Source of the DNA: Bacteroidota bacterium
Lineage (GTDB): Bacteria; Bacteroidota; Bacteroidia; Bacteroidales; VadinHA17
Length of the DNA stretch: 64,000 nucleotides
Assembly (NCBI GenBank): GCA_029547705.1
Contig: JAKPOU010000020.1
Location: forward strand, 26,351-90,350
Direction: 5' to 3'
A model generated the notes under the pieces. The model saw only the letters and a program-made list of their open reading frames with translations, was not told the DNA's origin and did no database searches. Below, piece after piece: positions 46,383 to 55,537 of the stretch. Made by a program: the position numbers and the translations under genes. Within the stretch, counting starts at the first letter, position 1. Each line of letters opens with the position of its first letter.

Positions 46383-46709
46383 TCACCCTATACGGAGCAA
46401 AGGACTTCCTTTCCCAACCCTGTCACCCTTTTTTACCGCTATCATTCTGACTGTCCCCCCTGCCGGGGATTTCAGCACATTCTGCATCTTCATGGCTTCA
46501 AGGATCATCAGCGCCTCTCCTTTTACAACAGTCTGCCCCGGCTTTACCATGATATCCAGTATTGTCCCCGGAATTATACTTGTAAGCAAAAAGGGATCGG
46601 ACGGACTGAAAGGGGCCCTTTTGATGAATTTTCTGCTCAGCCTGGTCCTGTATACAGTACCATCAATATTCAGCTTTCCTTCCTGACTTGTCTTTTTCAT
46701 TTCAATCAT
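46383..46709 (-). CDS. Biotin carboxyl carrier protein subunit
   Basis: LEAMKMQN biotinylation motif. Confidence 0.92.
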   Translation of the reverse strand: MIEMKKTSQEGKLNIDGTVYRTRLSRKFIKRAPFSPSDPFLLTSIIPGTILDIMVKPGQTVVKGEALMILEAMKMQNVLKSPAGGTVRMIAVKKGDRVGKGSPLLRIG

Positions 46710-46756
46710 TTATTACCGGATCAGCAGCATAGCAGGTGTCTGTCACAAAAGATTTA

Positions 46757-48301
46757 TCAGAACGGAGGGAGGCCATGCTTCTTCGGCGGAAGTTGTATTT
46801 CCTTGTTTTCCGATACTTTCAATGAATGAGCAATGAACTTCCTTGTTTCGGATGGTTCAATAACCGCATCAATATAGCCCCTTGATGCTGCAACATAGGG
46901 ATTCGCAAACTTTTTCCTGTACTCCTCAATTTTCTGCCTGCGCGTTTCTTCAGGATCAGCGGACGACATTATTTCCTTCCTGAAAATAATATTGGCTGCT
47001 CCTTCGGGTCCCATTACTGCAATCTCGGCAGCAGGCCAGGCAAAGACAAAGTCGGCCCTGAGATGCCGCGAACCCATTGCAATATATCCTCCGCCGTAGG
47101 CTTTTCGCAGGATCACGGTGATCTTGGGCACGGTAGCCTCGCTGTAGGAATAGAGTATTTTGGCACCATGACGGATAAGCCCCGCATGTTCCTGATCGGC
47201 CCCCGGCAGATAGCCCGGGATATCCACAAAAGTAATGACCGGTATGTTGAAGGCATCACAGAAACGGATAAAACGGGCTGCCTTGTCAGATGAATCCACA
47301 TCCAGTACACCTGCCATCTCGAGAGGCTGGTTGGCCACAAAACCGGCCGTCCGGCCTTCTATGCGACCGAAGCCGATTACAATGCTTCCGGCAAAATTCT
47401 CCATCACTTCAAAAAAATCGGAATTGTCGGCAACAGCCTTTATAACATCCCTTACATCGTATGGCAGGGTCGGGTCATCCGGTACTATCCCGTCTATCTC
47501 ATGAGCTGTCAGAGGTTCTGCAGATGTCAGTACTCCGGCTTTCTCCGTATTGTTCCTGGGTATGAAACCGATGAGTTTCTTTATCTGGGCAAAGCATTCT
47601 TCCTCACTGCCGGCAAAGAAATGGGCATTCCCGCTGATCTCACTGTGAACCCGTGCTCCTCCCAGATCTTCCATCGAGATCTCTTCCCCCAGCACGGTTT
47701 TTATAACTTCCGGACCGGTAATAAACATTTTTGAGATATTGTCAACCACGAACACAAAATCGGTCAGGGCAGGTGAATATACGGCACCTCCCGCACAGGG
47801 ACCCAGAATTACGGAAATCTGGGGAATAACCCCGCTTGACAGGGTGTTACGGAAAAATATCTCGCCGTAGCCTGCAAGTGAATTCACACCTTCCTGGATT
47901 CTGGCGCCGCCTGAATCATTTATCCCTATAAGCGGCATCCTCATCTTCAGGGCATGATCCATTATCTTGGTGATTTTCCTCGAATGCATCAGTCCCAGGG
48001 AACCGCCGGCAACGGTAAAATCCTGTGCAAACACTGCCACAGGGGATCCGTCAATAGTACCCGTACCCGTAATAACACCGTCACCCGGAAGTGATTTGTC
48101 ACCCATGTCAAAATCATGAGCCACATGTTTCACAAAAAGATCATATTCGGTGAAGGAACCCTCATCCAGAAGAGCACTGATCCGCTCCCGGGCAGTACGC
48201 TTACCCATGGCCTTCTGCTTTTCGACGGTCTGTTCTCCTCCCCCGAGTAAAAGCTTCTCACGCTTTTCATGAAACTCCCTAATCTTGCTGCTTAATGCCA
48301 T
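46757..48301 (-). CDS. Acyl-CoA carboxyltransferase subunit (PccB/MmdA family)
   Basis: TARERI, DSGGARIQEG, GPCAGGAVY, RKAYGGGY, KKHGLPPF. Confidence 0.94.
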   Translation of the reverse strand: MALSSKIREFHEKREKLLLGGGEQTVEKQKAMGKRTARERISALLDEGSFTEYDLFVKHVAHDFDMGDKSLPGDGVITGTGTIDGSPVAVFAQDFTVAGGSLGLMHSRKITKIMDHALKMRMPLIGINDSGGARIQEGVNSLAGYGEIFFRNTLSSGVIPQISVILGPCAGGAVYSPALTDFVFVVDNISKMFITGPEVIKTVLGEEISMEDLGGARVHSEISGNAHFFAGSEEECFAQIKKLIGFIPRNNTEKAGVLTSAEPLTAHEIDGIVPDDPTLPYDVRDVIKAVADNSDFFEVMENFAGSIVIGFGRIEGRTAGFVANQPLEMAGVLDVDSSDKAARFIRFCDAFNIPVITFVDIPGYLPGADQEHAGLIRHGAKILYSYSEATVPKITVILRKAYGGGYIAMGSRHLRADFVFAWPAAEIAVMGPEGAANIIFRKEIMSSADPEETRRQKIEEYRKKFANPYVAASRGYIDAVIEPSETRKFIAHSLKVSENKEIQLPPKKHGLPPF

Positions 48302-48378
48302 TGTGAATCATATTGATGATAATGCTGCAAGCTCAGCTTCAGGTATGCAAGTTTAAACAAATTGAATGATAAACCGCA

Positions 48379-49470
48379 TTATTTCGGTGCGATTTTGTAA
48401 AGCACCATTCCTATTGCAATGTAAATAAAATTCGGAATCCATTCCGCTACCAGGGGACTGAGATTTCCCTTGAGGGAAAACTGGGATGCAAACTGCTGGA
48501 AAAATATATACGAAAAGCTAAGTGCCAGTCCTATGCCAATGTTCATGCCAATACCTCCCCTCACTTTCCTGGAGGACAGGGAGACACCTATGAGTGTAAG
48601 AATGAAAACGGCAAAGGGACTGGCAAAGCGCCGGTGTTTTTCTATCTTGAACAGCTTGATCTCCTCCGAACCCTGAAGCTCCAGCAATTCAATATATTCA
48701 TCAAGTTCCCTGTAGGTCATCGTACTGACAAAACTGGGATCACGGGAAAAATCCTCCGGTTTTATATTCAGGGTGGTATCCATCACCGATCCCTTTGTCA
48801 CTGTTTCTTCATGACCGTTTATTTCACGGTAAACATAATTCATTATCGACCACTTGCTCGTAACGGAATCCCATGTCACGGTCGGAGCCGATATCTTTGA
48901 AAGCAGATTGCCCTCCTCGTCAAATTTCTCAATGGTGAAATTACGTCCCCTGAGATATATGGGACTGAAAGACTCTATATAGACGTAAACATTCCTGCTG
49001 ACCTGCCTGTGGACATTTTCAATGTTGATCCTCCTCCCCCTGGGACGGTAATATTTGTCTTCAAAATCGAGCCTTACAAGATTGGAATGGGGTATCACGA
49101 AATTTGCCAGGCAGAAAATGACACCTGCAATAACAAAGGATGACAGAAAGTAGGGCCACATCATCCTGTGAAAACTCATTCCGCTGTTCAGGATGGCAAT
49201 TATCTCAGTGTTGACTGCCATTCGGGAAGTAAAGAATATTACTGCAATAAACACGAACAGGGGTGCAAACAGCGTGGCAAAGAAGGGAATAAAATTGAAA
49301 TAGTAATCAAATATCACTGCCTGCCACGGAGCTTCATGTTCCATAAAATTGTCCAGTTTCTCCGACAGGTCGAAAACTACCGCAATGGCCAGGATGAGTG
49401 CCAGACTGAAAAGAAATGTCCCAAGGAATTTCCTTATAATGTAGAGATCTATTATTTTGGGTTTCAGCAA
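48379..49470 (-). CDS. LptF/LptG family LPS export permease
   Basis: IIDLYIIRKFLGTF, NTEIIAILNSG, WIPN; probable TTG start at 49470 just after the tgt stop. Confidence 0.88.
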   Translation of the reverse strand: MLKPKIIDLYIIRKFLGTFLFSLALILAIAVVFDLSEKLDNFMEHEAPWQAVIFDYYFNFIPFFATLFAPLFVFIAVIFFTSRMAVNTEIIAILNSGMSFHRMMWPYFLSSFVIAGVIFCLANFVIPHSNLVRLDFEDKYYRPRGRRINIENVHRQVSRNVYVYIESFSPIYLRGRNFTIEKFDEEGNLLSKISAPTVTWDSVTSKWSIMNYVYREINGHEETVTKGSVMDTTLNIKPEDFSRDPSFVSTMTYRELDEYIELLELQGSEEIKLFKIEKHRRFASPFAVFILTLIGVSLSSRKVRGGIGMNIGIGLALSFSYIFFQQFASQFSLKGNLSPLVAEWIPNFIYIAIGMVLYKIAPK

Positions 49471-49472
49471 TC

Positions 49473-50600
49473 TTAAAGTCTCACCGAAACTTTTTTTATC
49501 ATTTTGTCTTTCCATTTCTTGAATTCCCCTTCTTCAATTTTCCTGCGGGCATCGCTCATCAGTTTCAAATAGAATGCCAGGTTATGCAGACTTGCTATTT
49601 GTCCGCCGAGCATTTCACCCGAAACGACAAGATGCCTCAGATATGCCTTTGAATATCTAAGACTCACTTCTGAAGCTCCTTCAGGATCTATCGGAGTGAA
49701 ATCACTGATCCAGCGCCTGTTCTTTATATTGATTATTCCCTGTGATGTGAAAAGCATGCCATTGCGGCCGTTCCTGGTAGGCATCACGCAGTCAAACATA
49801 TCCGTCCCCCTTTCTATTGCCTCAAGCAGATTGGCAGGCGTCCCTACTCCCATCAGGTACCTGGGCTTGTCTTCCGGCAGAATCTCATTCACTATCTCGA
49901 TTATCCTGTACATTTCATCTGCCGGTTCCCCTACGGAGAGGCCTCCGATCGCATTACCCGCCATACCTGTTTCCGCGATCCTTTCCGCAGACATTCTTCT
50001 CAGATCATCAAAGACCCCTCCCTGTACAATCGGGAAGAGATACTGCCTGTGATTCCACAGGGGATCACTGTTTCTGAATCTTTCAACAGCCCTGCCGAGC
50101 CAGTTGTGTGTCAGCTCAACCGATTTAGCGGCATACCCGTGATCACAGGGAAAAGGCGCGCACTCATCAAGCGCCATGATAATGTCGCCTCCTATAACCC
50201 TCTGAATATCTATAACGTTTTCCGGGGTAAAAATATGCCTCGATCCGTCAATATGGGATTTGAAAATCACCCCTTCATCCGTCAGCTTCCGGTTCCCCGA
50301 CAGGGAAAATACCTGGTAACCCCCGCTGTCAGTAAGTATGGGCCTGTTCCATGAAATAAAACTGTGAAGACCTCCCGACTCCCTGAGCACTTCCATGCCC
50401 GGGCGCAGATACAGGTGGTAGGTGTTGCCAAGAATTATCCGCGCATCAAGGTCTTCTTCAAGATCCCTCTGAAGAATTCCCTTAACGGTCCCCGCGGTTC
50501 CGACAGGCATGAAAACGGGGGTGTGGATTATTCCGTGACCGGTTTTCAGTATTCCGGTCCTGGCCTTTGTATCCTTGTCCCTCGATCGGAGCTCAAACAT
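49473..50600 (-). CDS. tgt: tRNA-guanine transglycosylase
   Basis: TPVFMPVGT, NTYHL, TDSGGYQVFSL, PRYLMGVG, FDCVMPTRNGR; ATG 50600. Confidence 0.97.
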   Translation of the reverse strand: MFELRSRDKDTKARTGILKTGHGIIHTPVFMPVGTAGTVKGILQRDLEEDLDARIILGNTYHLYLRPGMEVLRESGGLHSFISWNRPILTDSGGYQVFSLSGNRKLTDEGVIFKSHIDGSRHIFTPENVIDIQRVIGGDIIMALDECAPFPCDHGYAAKSVELTHNWLGRAVERFRNSDPLWNHRQYLFPIVQGGVFDDLRRMSAERIAETGMAGNAIGGLSVGEPADEMYRIIEIVNEILPEDKPRYLMGVGTPANLLEAIERGTDMFDCVMPTRNGRNGMLFTSQGIINIKNRRWISDFTPIDPEGASEVSLRYSKAYLRHLVVSGEMLGGQIASLHNLAFYLKLMSDARRKIEEGEFKKWKDKMIKKVSVRL

Positions 50601-50619
50601 AATTCTGACTTTGGTAGCA

Positions 50620-50627
50620 CAAATGTA
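50620..50627 (-). promoter_or_regulatory. -7 promoter box of tgt
   Basis: TACATTTG on minus strand; supports start at 50600. Confidence 0.65.
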
Positions 50628-50733
50628 ATTCATCCGCACCGCCTCAGGAAATTATGTGACGCTTTTTGTTGAAAACTATTCTTCACAATTAAAATATATC
50701 TTGCTAATATTGTGTCCGGATTATGAAAGTTCA

Positions 50734-51867
50734 ATGATATATCACGACAACCTCTTTCTTTCCGTTGTATTCATCATTTTTGCATTCTCTGCAGCGGTGC
50801 AGCTATTCCATTACCTCTGCTTCTATCTTGCAGTATCCCTTTACAGGCATCCGGCAGAAGAAGAAACTGAAAAGAAGCCTGTTTCCGTTATCATTTGTGC
50901 AAGAAACGAAGCTGAAAACCTCCGGAAATTCCTGCCATCCATTCTGAAACAGGATTATCCTGAATATGAGGTAATTGTTGTCAACGATTGCTCGGAAGAC
51001 AATACCTATGATGTCCTGGGCAGCTTTCTTCCTGATCATCCCCACCTCAAAATATCAACAATAAACAAGGATCCCCGCTTTACTCACAACAAGAAATTCG
51101 CACAGTTCATAGGCATCAAGGCTGCCTCAAACGACATCCTGCTTTTCACCGACTCAGACTGTGAAGCTGTTTCCCCGCGCTGGATTGAGATGATGGCATC
51201 CCGTTTCAGGGACGATATTCAGATAGTTCTCGGCTATGGCGGTTATATGAAGGGAAAGGGACTGCTCAACAAATATATCCGCTACGACACCTTTATGATA
51301 GCATTGCAGTATCTCGGAATGGCTGTCAGAAAGATACCCTACATGGGCGTAGGCCGTAACCTGGCATACCGGCGTTCATTATTCTTCGAGAAAAAGGGTT
51401 TCGAAGGCCATACCCACATCATTTCAGGTGATGATGACCTGTTTGTGAATGCAAATGCCACCGGAAGAAACACTTCCGTGGAAATCAGGCCCGAAAGCCA
51501 TACCCGGTCGGTTCCCTGCCCCACCTTTGAATGCTGGGTTAAACAGAAAAAAAGACATTTTACCTCAGCACCCCTTTACAAAACATGGCATAAACTGATT
51601 ATTGGAAGTGAGCTTCTTTCCAGGATATTATTTTATATCATGTTCATCATACTGATCATACCCCTGAACCTCTGGCAGGTCATTGCGGCAGTATTCGGAC
51701 TAAGGCTGATAGTACAGATAATTGTCATGATAAAGGCACAAAAGATACTAAATGAGAAAGGTATTGCGGGATTTTCATTATTTTTTGATATCTTTTCACC
51801 CGTGATTAACAGTGTTATTTTTTTAAGCAATACAATTACCAGACCAGGTAAAAACAAATGGAAATAA
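50734..51867 (+). CDS. Membrane-bound family 2 glycosyltransferase
   Basis: VSVIICARNE, VNDCSED, FTDSDC, SGDDDL, QKKRH; N- and C-terminal TM helices. Confidence 0.92.
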   Translation: MIYHDNLFLSVVFIIFAFSAAVQLFHYLCFYLAVSLYRHPAEEETEKKPVSVIICARNEAENLRKFLPSILKQDYPEYEVIVVNDCSEDNTYDVLGSFLPDHPHLKISTINKDPRFTHNKKFAQFIGIKAASNDILLFTDSDCEAVSPRWIEMMASRFRDDIQIVLGYGGYMKGKGLLNKYIRYDTFMIALQYLGMAVRKIPYMGVGRNLAYRRSLFFEKKGFEGHTHIISGDDDLFVNANATGRNTSVEIRPESHTRSVPCPTFECWVKQKKRHFTSAPLYKTWHKLIIGSELLSRILFYIMFIILIIPLNLWQVIAAVFGLRLIVQIIVMIKAQKILNEKGIAGFSLFFDIFSPVINSVIFLSNTITRPGKNKWK

Positions 51868-52454
51868 ACCAGGAGCTTTCAGAAAAAGCGAAAGCCGATC
51901 TTATTCTTGTTGAAGATGCCAAAAAAGGCAGCGAGAAGGCTTTTGCAGGCCTCATGAACCGTTACAGGGATTCTATTTACTTTATGCTTCTCAAAATGGT
52001 CAACAATCCTGTTGATGCGGAAGACCTGACCATTGAAGCCTTCGGAAAGGCATTCAGAAGTATCGACAGCTACACCCCGCGCTTTGCATTCAGCACATGG
52101 CTTTTCATGATAGCCACAAACAACTGCATTGACTTCATCAGAAAGAAACAGGCTTCCCCTATTCCGGTGAATCAGGACAAGGATATCATGGATACCATGA
52201 CGGTCAATATCCAGTCCGACCTTCCCGACCCTGAGGAAGCCCTGATAAATAACCAGAAAATAGCCACTCTCAGAAAAATTGTTGCCCAGCTGAAGTCACC
52301 CTACAGGGAAATAATTGAACTGAGATATTACCGGGAATATTCATACGAAGAAATCGCTACCGAACTGAAAATTCCCATCGGAACCGTAAAAGCCCAGTTA
52401 TATCGTGCCAAAACACTTCTTTACAATATATTTGTAAAAACCGGGGCAAGATAA
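51858..52454 (+). CDS. ECF sigma-70 factor
   Basis: DAEDLTIEAFGKAF, FSTWLF.IA.N.CID; SYEEIATEL.IPIGTVKAQLYRAK. Confidence 0.95.
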   Translation: MEINQELSEKAKADLILVEDAKKGSEKAFAGLMNRYRDSIYFMLLKMVNNPVDAEDLTIEAFGKAFRSIDSYTPRFAFSTWLFMIATNNCIDFIRKKQASPIPVNQDKDIMDTMTVNIQSDLPDPEEALINNQKIATLRKIVAQLKSPYREIIELRYYREYSYEEIATELKIPIGTVKAQLYRAKTLLYNIFVKTGAR

Positions 52455-53101
52455 TGCCGGAGATCATATTCAAATACTTTCCTTCGCTGTCCGCCCTGCA
52501 GAAGGAACAGATATCAGGCCTGAAACCCCTGTATGATGAGTGGAACAGTAAAATAAACGTCATATCACGCAGGGATATGGATAATTTCTATATCCGCCAC
52601 GTACTCCATTCAATGGCAATAGCCAGGGTTTTTGCCTTCAGGCCGGGAAGCAGGATCCTGGATGCCGGCACGGGCGGCGGCTTTCCCGGAATACCCCTGG
52701 CAATACTGTTCCCGGAATCGGAATTCTCCCTTCTCGATTCAACCGGGAAAAAAATAAAAGTGGCAGGCAGCGTTGCAGATGCACTCAGACTAAAAAATAT
52801 CAGACTGATAAATAAAAGAATTGAGGATGAAAAGGGAAAATACGATTTCATTTCCGGCAGGGCTGTAACTGAATTTAACACCTTCGTGAAACTTACCGGT
52901 AAAAACCTGGAAAAAACCAGGGCCGGCGAGCCCGGAAATGGTATCATCTACCTGAAAGGAGGAGATTGTGGAAAAGAACCGGGAAAATACGGAGATCAGG
53001 TAAAAATTTGGGATATAAAAAATTTCTTCAGCGAGGATTTCTTTGAAACAAAAAGAATAATCTTCCTTGCAGAATCTGCAATCAGGCATCCGAAACCCTG
53101 A
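52454..53101 (+). CDS. rsmG: 16S rRNA G527 N7-methyltransferase (GidB)
   Basis: WNSKINVISR, RHVLHS, LDAGTGGGFPGIPLA, YLKGG. Confidence 0.95.
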   Translation: MPEIIFKYFPSLSALQKEQISGLKPLYDEWNSKINVISRRDMDNFYIRHVLHSMAIARVFAFRPGSRILDAGTGGGFPGIPLAILFPESEFSLLDSTGKKIKVAGSVADALRLKNIRLINKRIEDEKGKYDFISGRAVTEFNTFVKLTGKNLEKTRAGEPGNGIIYLKGGDCGKEPGKYGDQVKIWDIKNFFSEDFFETKRIIFLAESAIRHPKP

Positions 53102-53252
53102 TGCTCCGGTTCCCCTGCCTCAGCCGGCGGAATTCCTTCCGCGTTTCAGCGGGTTTCCGGTTTCCGGCACCCCTCTTTTTGCTGCCGGAGAGATGGTTTT
53201 TCATATAAAATGTAAAAACATTCCGTATAATTCATTTTTTTCAAAAAATAGC

Positions 53253-53260
53253 TATATTTG
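53253..53260 (+). promoter_or_regulatory. -7 promoter box of rpmH
   Basis: TATATTTG followed by C in an AT-rich context. Confidence 0.7.
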
Positions 53261-53299
53261 CGGTCTTAAATAAAACAAGGGAAAACCAGATTCTGAAAA

Positions 53300-53458
53300 A
53301 TGAAAAGGACTTATCAGCCTTCCAGAAGGAAAAGAGCAAACAAGCATGGATTCAGAGAAAGAATGTCTACCCGGAGCGGAAGGCGTGTTCTTTCTGCCCG
53401 GAGGGCAAAAGGCAGAAAAAAACTGACAGTATCATCGGAACTCAGTGGCAAAGCCTGA
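53300..53458 (+). CDS. rpmH: 50S ribosomal protein L34, 52 aa (not in ORF track)
   Basis: Hand translation [52 protein letters not shown]. Confidence 0.98.
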   Translation: MKRTYQPSRRKRANKHGFRERMSTRSGRRVLSARRAKGRKKLTVSSELSGKA

Positions 53459-53480
53459 TTCTGATATCTAAATAATTACG

Positions 53481-53509
53481 AAAAGGTGCCCTGCAACGGC
53501 ACCTTTTTT
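53481..53509 (+). terminator. Intrinsic terminator after rpmH
   Basis: AAAAGGTGCC-CTGCAAC-GGCACCTTTTTT. Confidence 0.8.
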
Positions 53510-53524
53510 GTTAATTCTCCGAAA

Positions 53525-54625
53525 ATGACCCGGATTCTTGACCATATCATTGATACAGACCTCAGGGAAACAGCCTTGAAAGTTGCATCCGGGAAACGGA
53601 TAACACCGGATGAAGGCATTTTGCTCTATGAAAGGGGCGATCTGCCCGTTCTGGGCCTATTATCATCAATGGTCAGAAAAAGGATTAACGGCAATTATGC
53701 CTTTTATAACCGCAATTTTCATATTGAACCGACCAATATATGCATCTACAACTGCAGGTTCTGCTCATACCGGAAACCTGCCGGCGACCCGGAAAGCTGG
53801 GATTACAGCCATGATGAAATAATGAATATGGTCAGGGCATTCGACGGGAAGAATGTTACCGAGGTTCATATCACGGGGGGCGTTCATCCCGCTCACGATG
53901 TTCACTATTACTGCTCACTTGTCGCAAAAATCAAGGCTCACAGACCGGAGCTGCACGTTAAGGCCTTTTCGGCCGTTGAGCTCGACCACATGATCAGGCT
54001 GGCAGGATTGACAACTGAGAAAGGACTGAAACTTCTGAAAGAATCCGGCCTTGACTCCATTCCGGGCGGAGGTGCGGAAATATTCGATGAAAAGATCAGA
54101 AAACAGATAAGCAATGAAAAGGCCTCTTCAGAAAAATGGCTGAACATCCATGAAACGGCCCACCGCCTGGGTATCTCTTCAAATGCCACCATGCTTTACG
54201 GGCACCTCGAAACATGGCCGCACAGGATAGACCATATGAACAGGCTGCGTAAGCTGCAGGATAAAACAGGCGGGTTCAATGCATTCATCCCTCTGAAATA
54301 CAGGATGGCAAATAACAGGATGTCTCAGCTGGGGGAAGTAAGTATTATTGAAGACCTGAGGAATTATGCCGTTGCCAGGATATTCCTCGACAATATACCG
54401 CACATAAAAGCCTACTGGCCAATGACGGGGAAAATTGTTGCACAGCTGAGTCTTTTCTTTGGAGCCGACGATCTTGACGGAACCATTGACGACACCACAA
54501 GAATATATTCGATGGCCGGGGCAGAGGAACAAAACCCGTCAATGACAGCCGGGGAGATCTCCTCACTTATTGCCGGGGCGGGCTATGAGCCGGTTGAAAG
54601 AGACTCCCTCTACCGGAGGGTTTAA
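53525..54625 (+). CDS. mqnE: Radical SAM aminofutalosine synthase (futalosine menaquinone pathway)
   Basis: PTNICIYNCRFCSY, PGGGAEIF, NATMLYGH, HIKAYW, GADDLDGTIDD..IYSMAG; ATG 53525. Confidence 0.85.
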   Translation: MTRILDHIIDTDLRETALKVASGKRITPDEGILLYERGDLPVLGLLSSMVRKRINGNYAFYNRNFHIEPTNICIYNCRFCSYRKPAGDPESWDYSHDEIMNMVRAFDGKNVTEVHITGGVHPAHDVHYYCSLVAKIKAHRPELHVKAFSAVELDHMIRLAGLTTEKGLKLLKESGLDSIPGGGAEIFDEKIRKQISNEKASSEKWLNIHETAHRLGISSNATMLYGHLETWPHRIDHMNRLRKLQDKTGGFNAFIPLKYRMANNRMSQLGEVSIIEDLRNYAVARIFLDNIPHIKAYWPMTGKIVAQLSLFFGADDLDGTIDDTTRIYSMAGAEEQNPSMTAGEISSLIAGAGYEPVERDSLYRRV

Positions 54626-54645
54626 CCAGATAATAATTTTATCCT

Positions 54646-54653
54646 TACATTTG
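54646..54653 (+). promoter_or_regulatory. -7 promoter box of the PASTA gene unit
   Basis: TACATTTG followed by C. Confidence 0.65.
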
Positions 54654-54680
54654 CGTTATCAATAATGTACATCTGTCCGT

Positions 54681-55532
54681 ATGAGCTTAAAGAAATTCAT
54701 CCTCAGTAAACTGTTTCTAAAACAGCTCGGTATAGCCTTCCTGATCACCATCGGAACAATCTTCATACTGATGATCAGCCTGAACATATATACACGTCAC
54801 GGACAGGCAGTTCCGGTACCCGATTTCACAGGTCTCAACATGGAGGAAACCAAAGCCCTGGCAAAAAAATCAAAAATGAAATACCAGGTGGTGGATTCCG
54901 TGTATACATCCCATGTTATGAGAGGCTGTGTGGCTGAACAAAATCCAAGGCCGGGCTTCAGGGTCAAGAAACGAAGAACCATATCATTGACGATCAATGC
55001 ATTTCGTCCGGAAATGGTGGCTGTTCCCGATCTTCTTGACCTGCCCTTAAGACAGGCGATCTCACTGATAGAAAGTACCGGACTGGTAATGGGAACATTG
55101 CGCTACAAACCCGATCTTTCGGTAAATGTCGTTCTGAGCCAGCTATTCAATGGCAAGGAAATCACTCCGGGTGATTCGATTCAGAAAGGTTCGGTAATCG
55201 ACCTTGTCCTGGGCAAAGGCCTCAGCAATCAGAGGACTGCGGTACCCAACCTGATAGGCCTGCCCCTTGAGGATGCTGCCGGCAGAATACTCGGGGCCTC
55301 CCTGAATCTGGGCACATTTATTTTTGACAGGACAGTACGTACGGGAGAGGACAGCCTGAGAGCCTTCGTATACAAACAGAATCCTGAATACCGTGAGGAT
55401 GCCACGCTGCAGCTGGGATCTTCCATCTACCTGTGGATGACAACCGATTCACTCAAGCTGCCCGCCGACTCTGCATTTGTCAGAGCCGACACTACAATGA
55501 CAACGGCTGTATTAGCGGGAAAGGTACATTAA
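54681..55532 (+). CDS. Membrane-anchored protein with three PASTA domains
   Basis: TM then YTRHG, VPDFTG..QNP, VPDLLD, VPNLIG..QNP. Confidence 0.9.
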   Translation: MSLKKFILSKLFLKQLGIAFLITIGTIFILMISLNIYTRHGQAVPVPDFTGLNMEETKALAKKSKMKYQVVDSVYTSHVMRGCVAEQNPRPGFRVKKRRTISLTINAFRPEMVAVPDLLDLPLRQAISLIESTGLVMGTLRYKPDLSVNVVLSQLFNGKEITPGDSIQKGSVIDLVLGKGLSNQRTAVPNLIGLPLEDAAGRILGASLNLGTFIFDRTVRTGEDSLRAFVYKQNPEYREDATLQLGSSIYLWMTTDSLKLPADSAFVRADTTMTTAVLAGKVH

Positions 55533-55537
55533 TCCTG

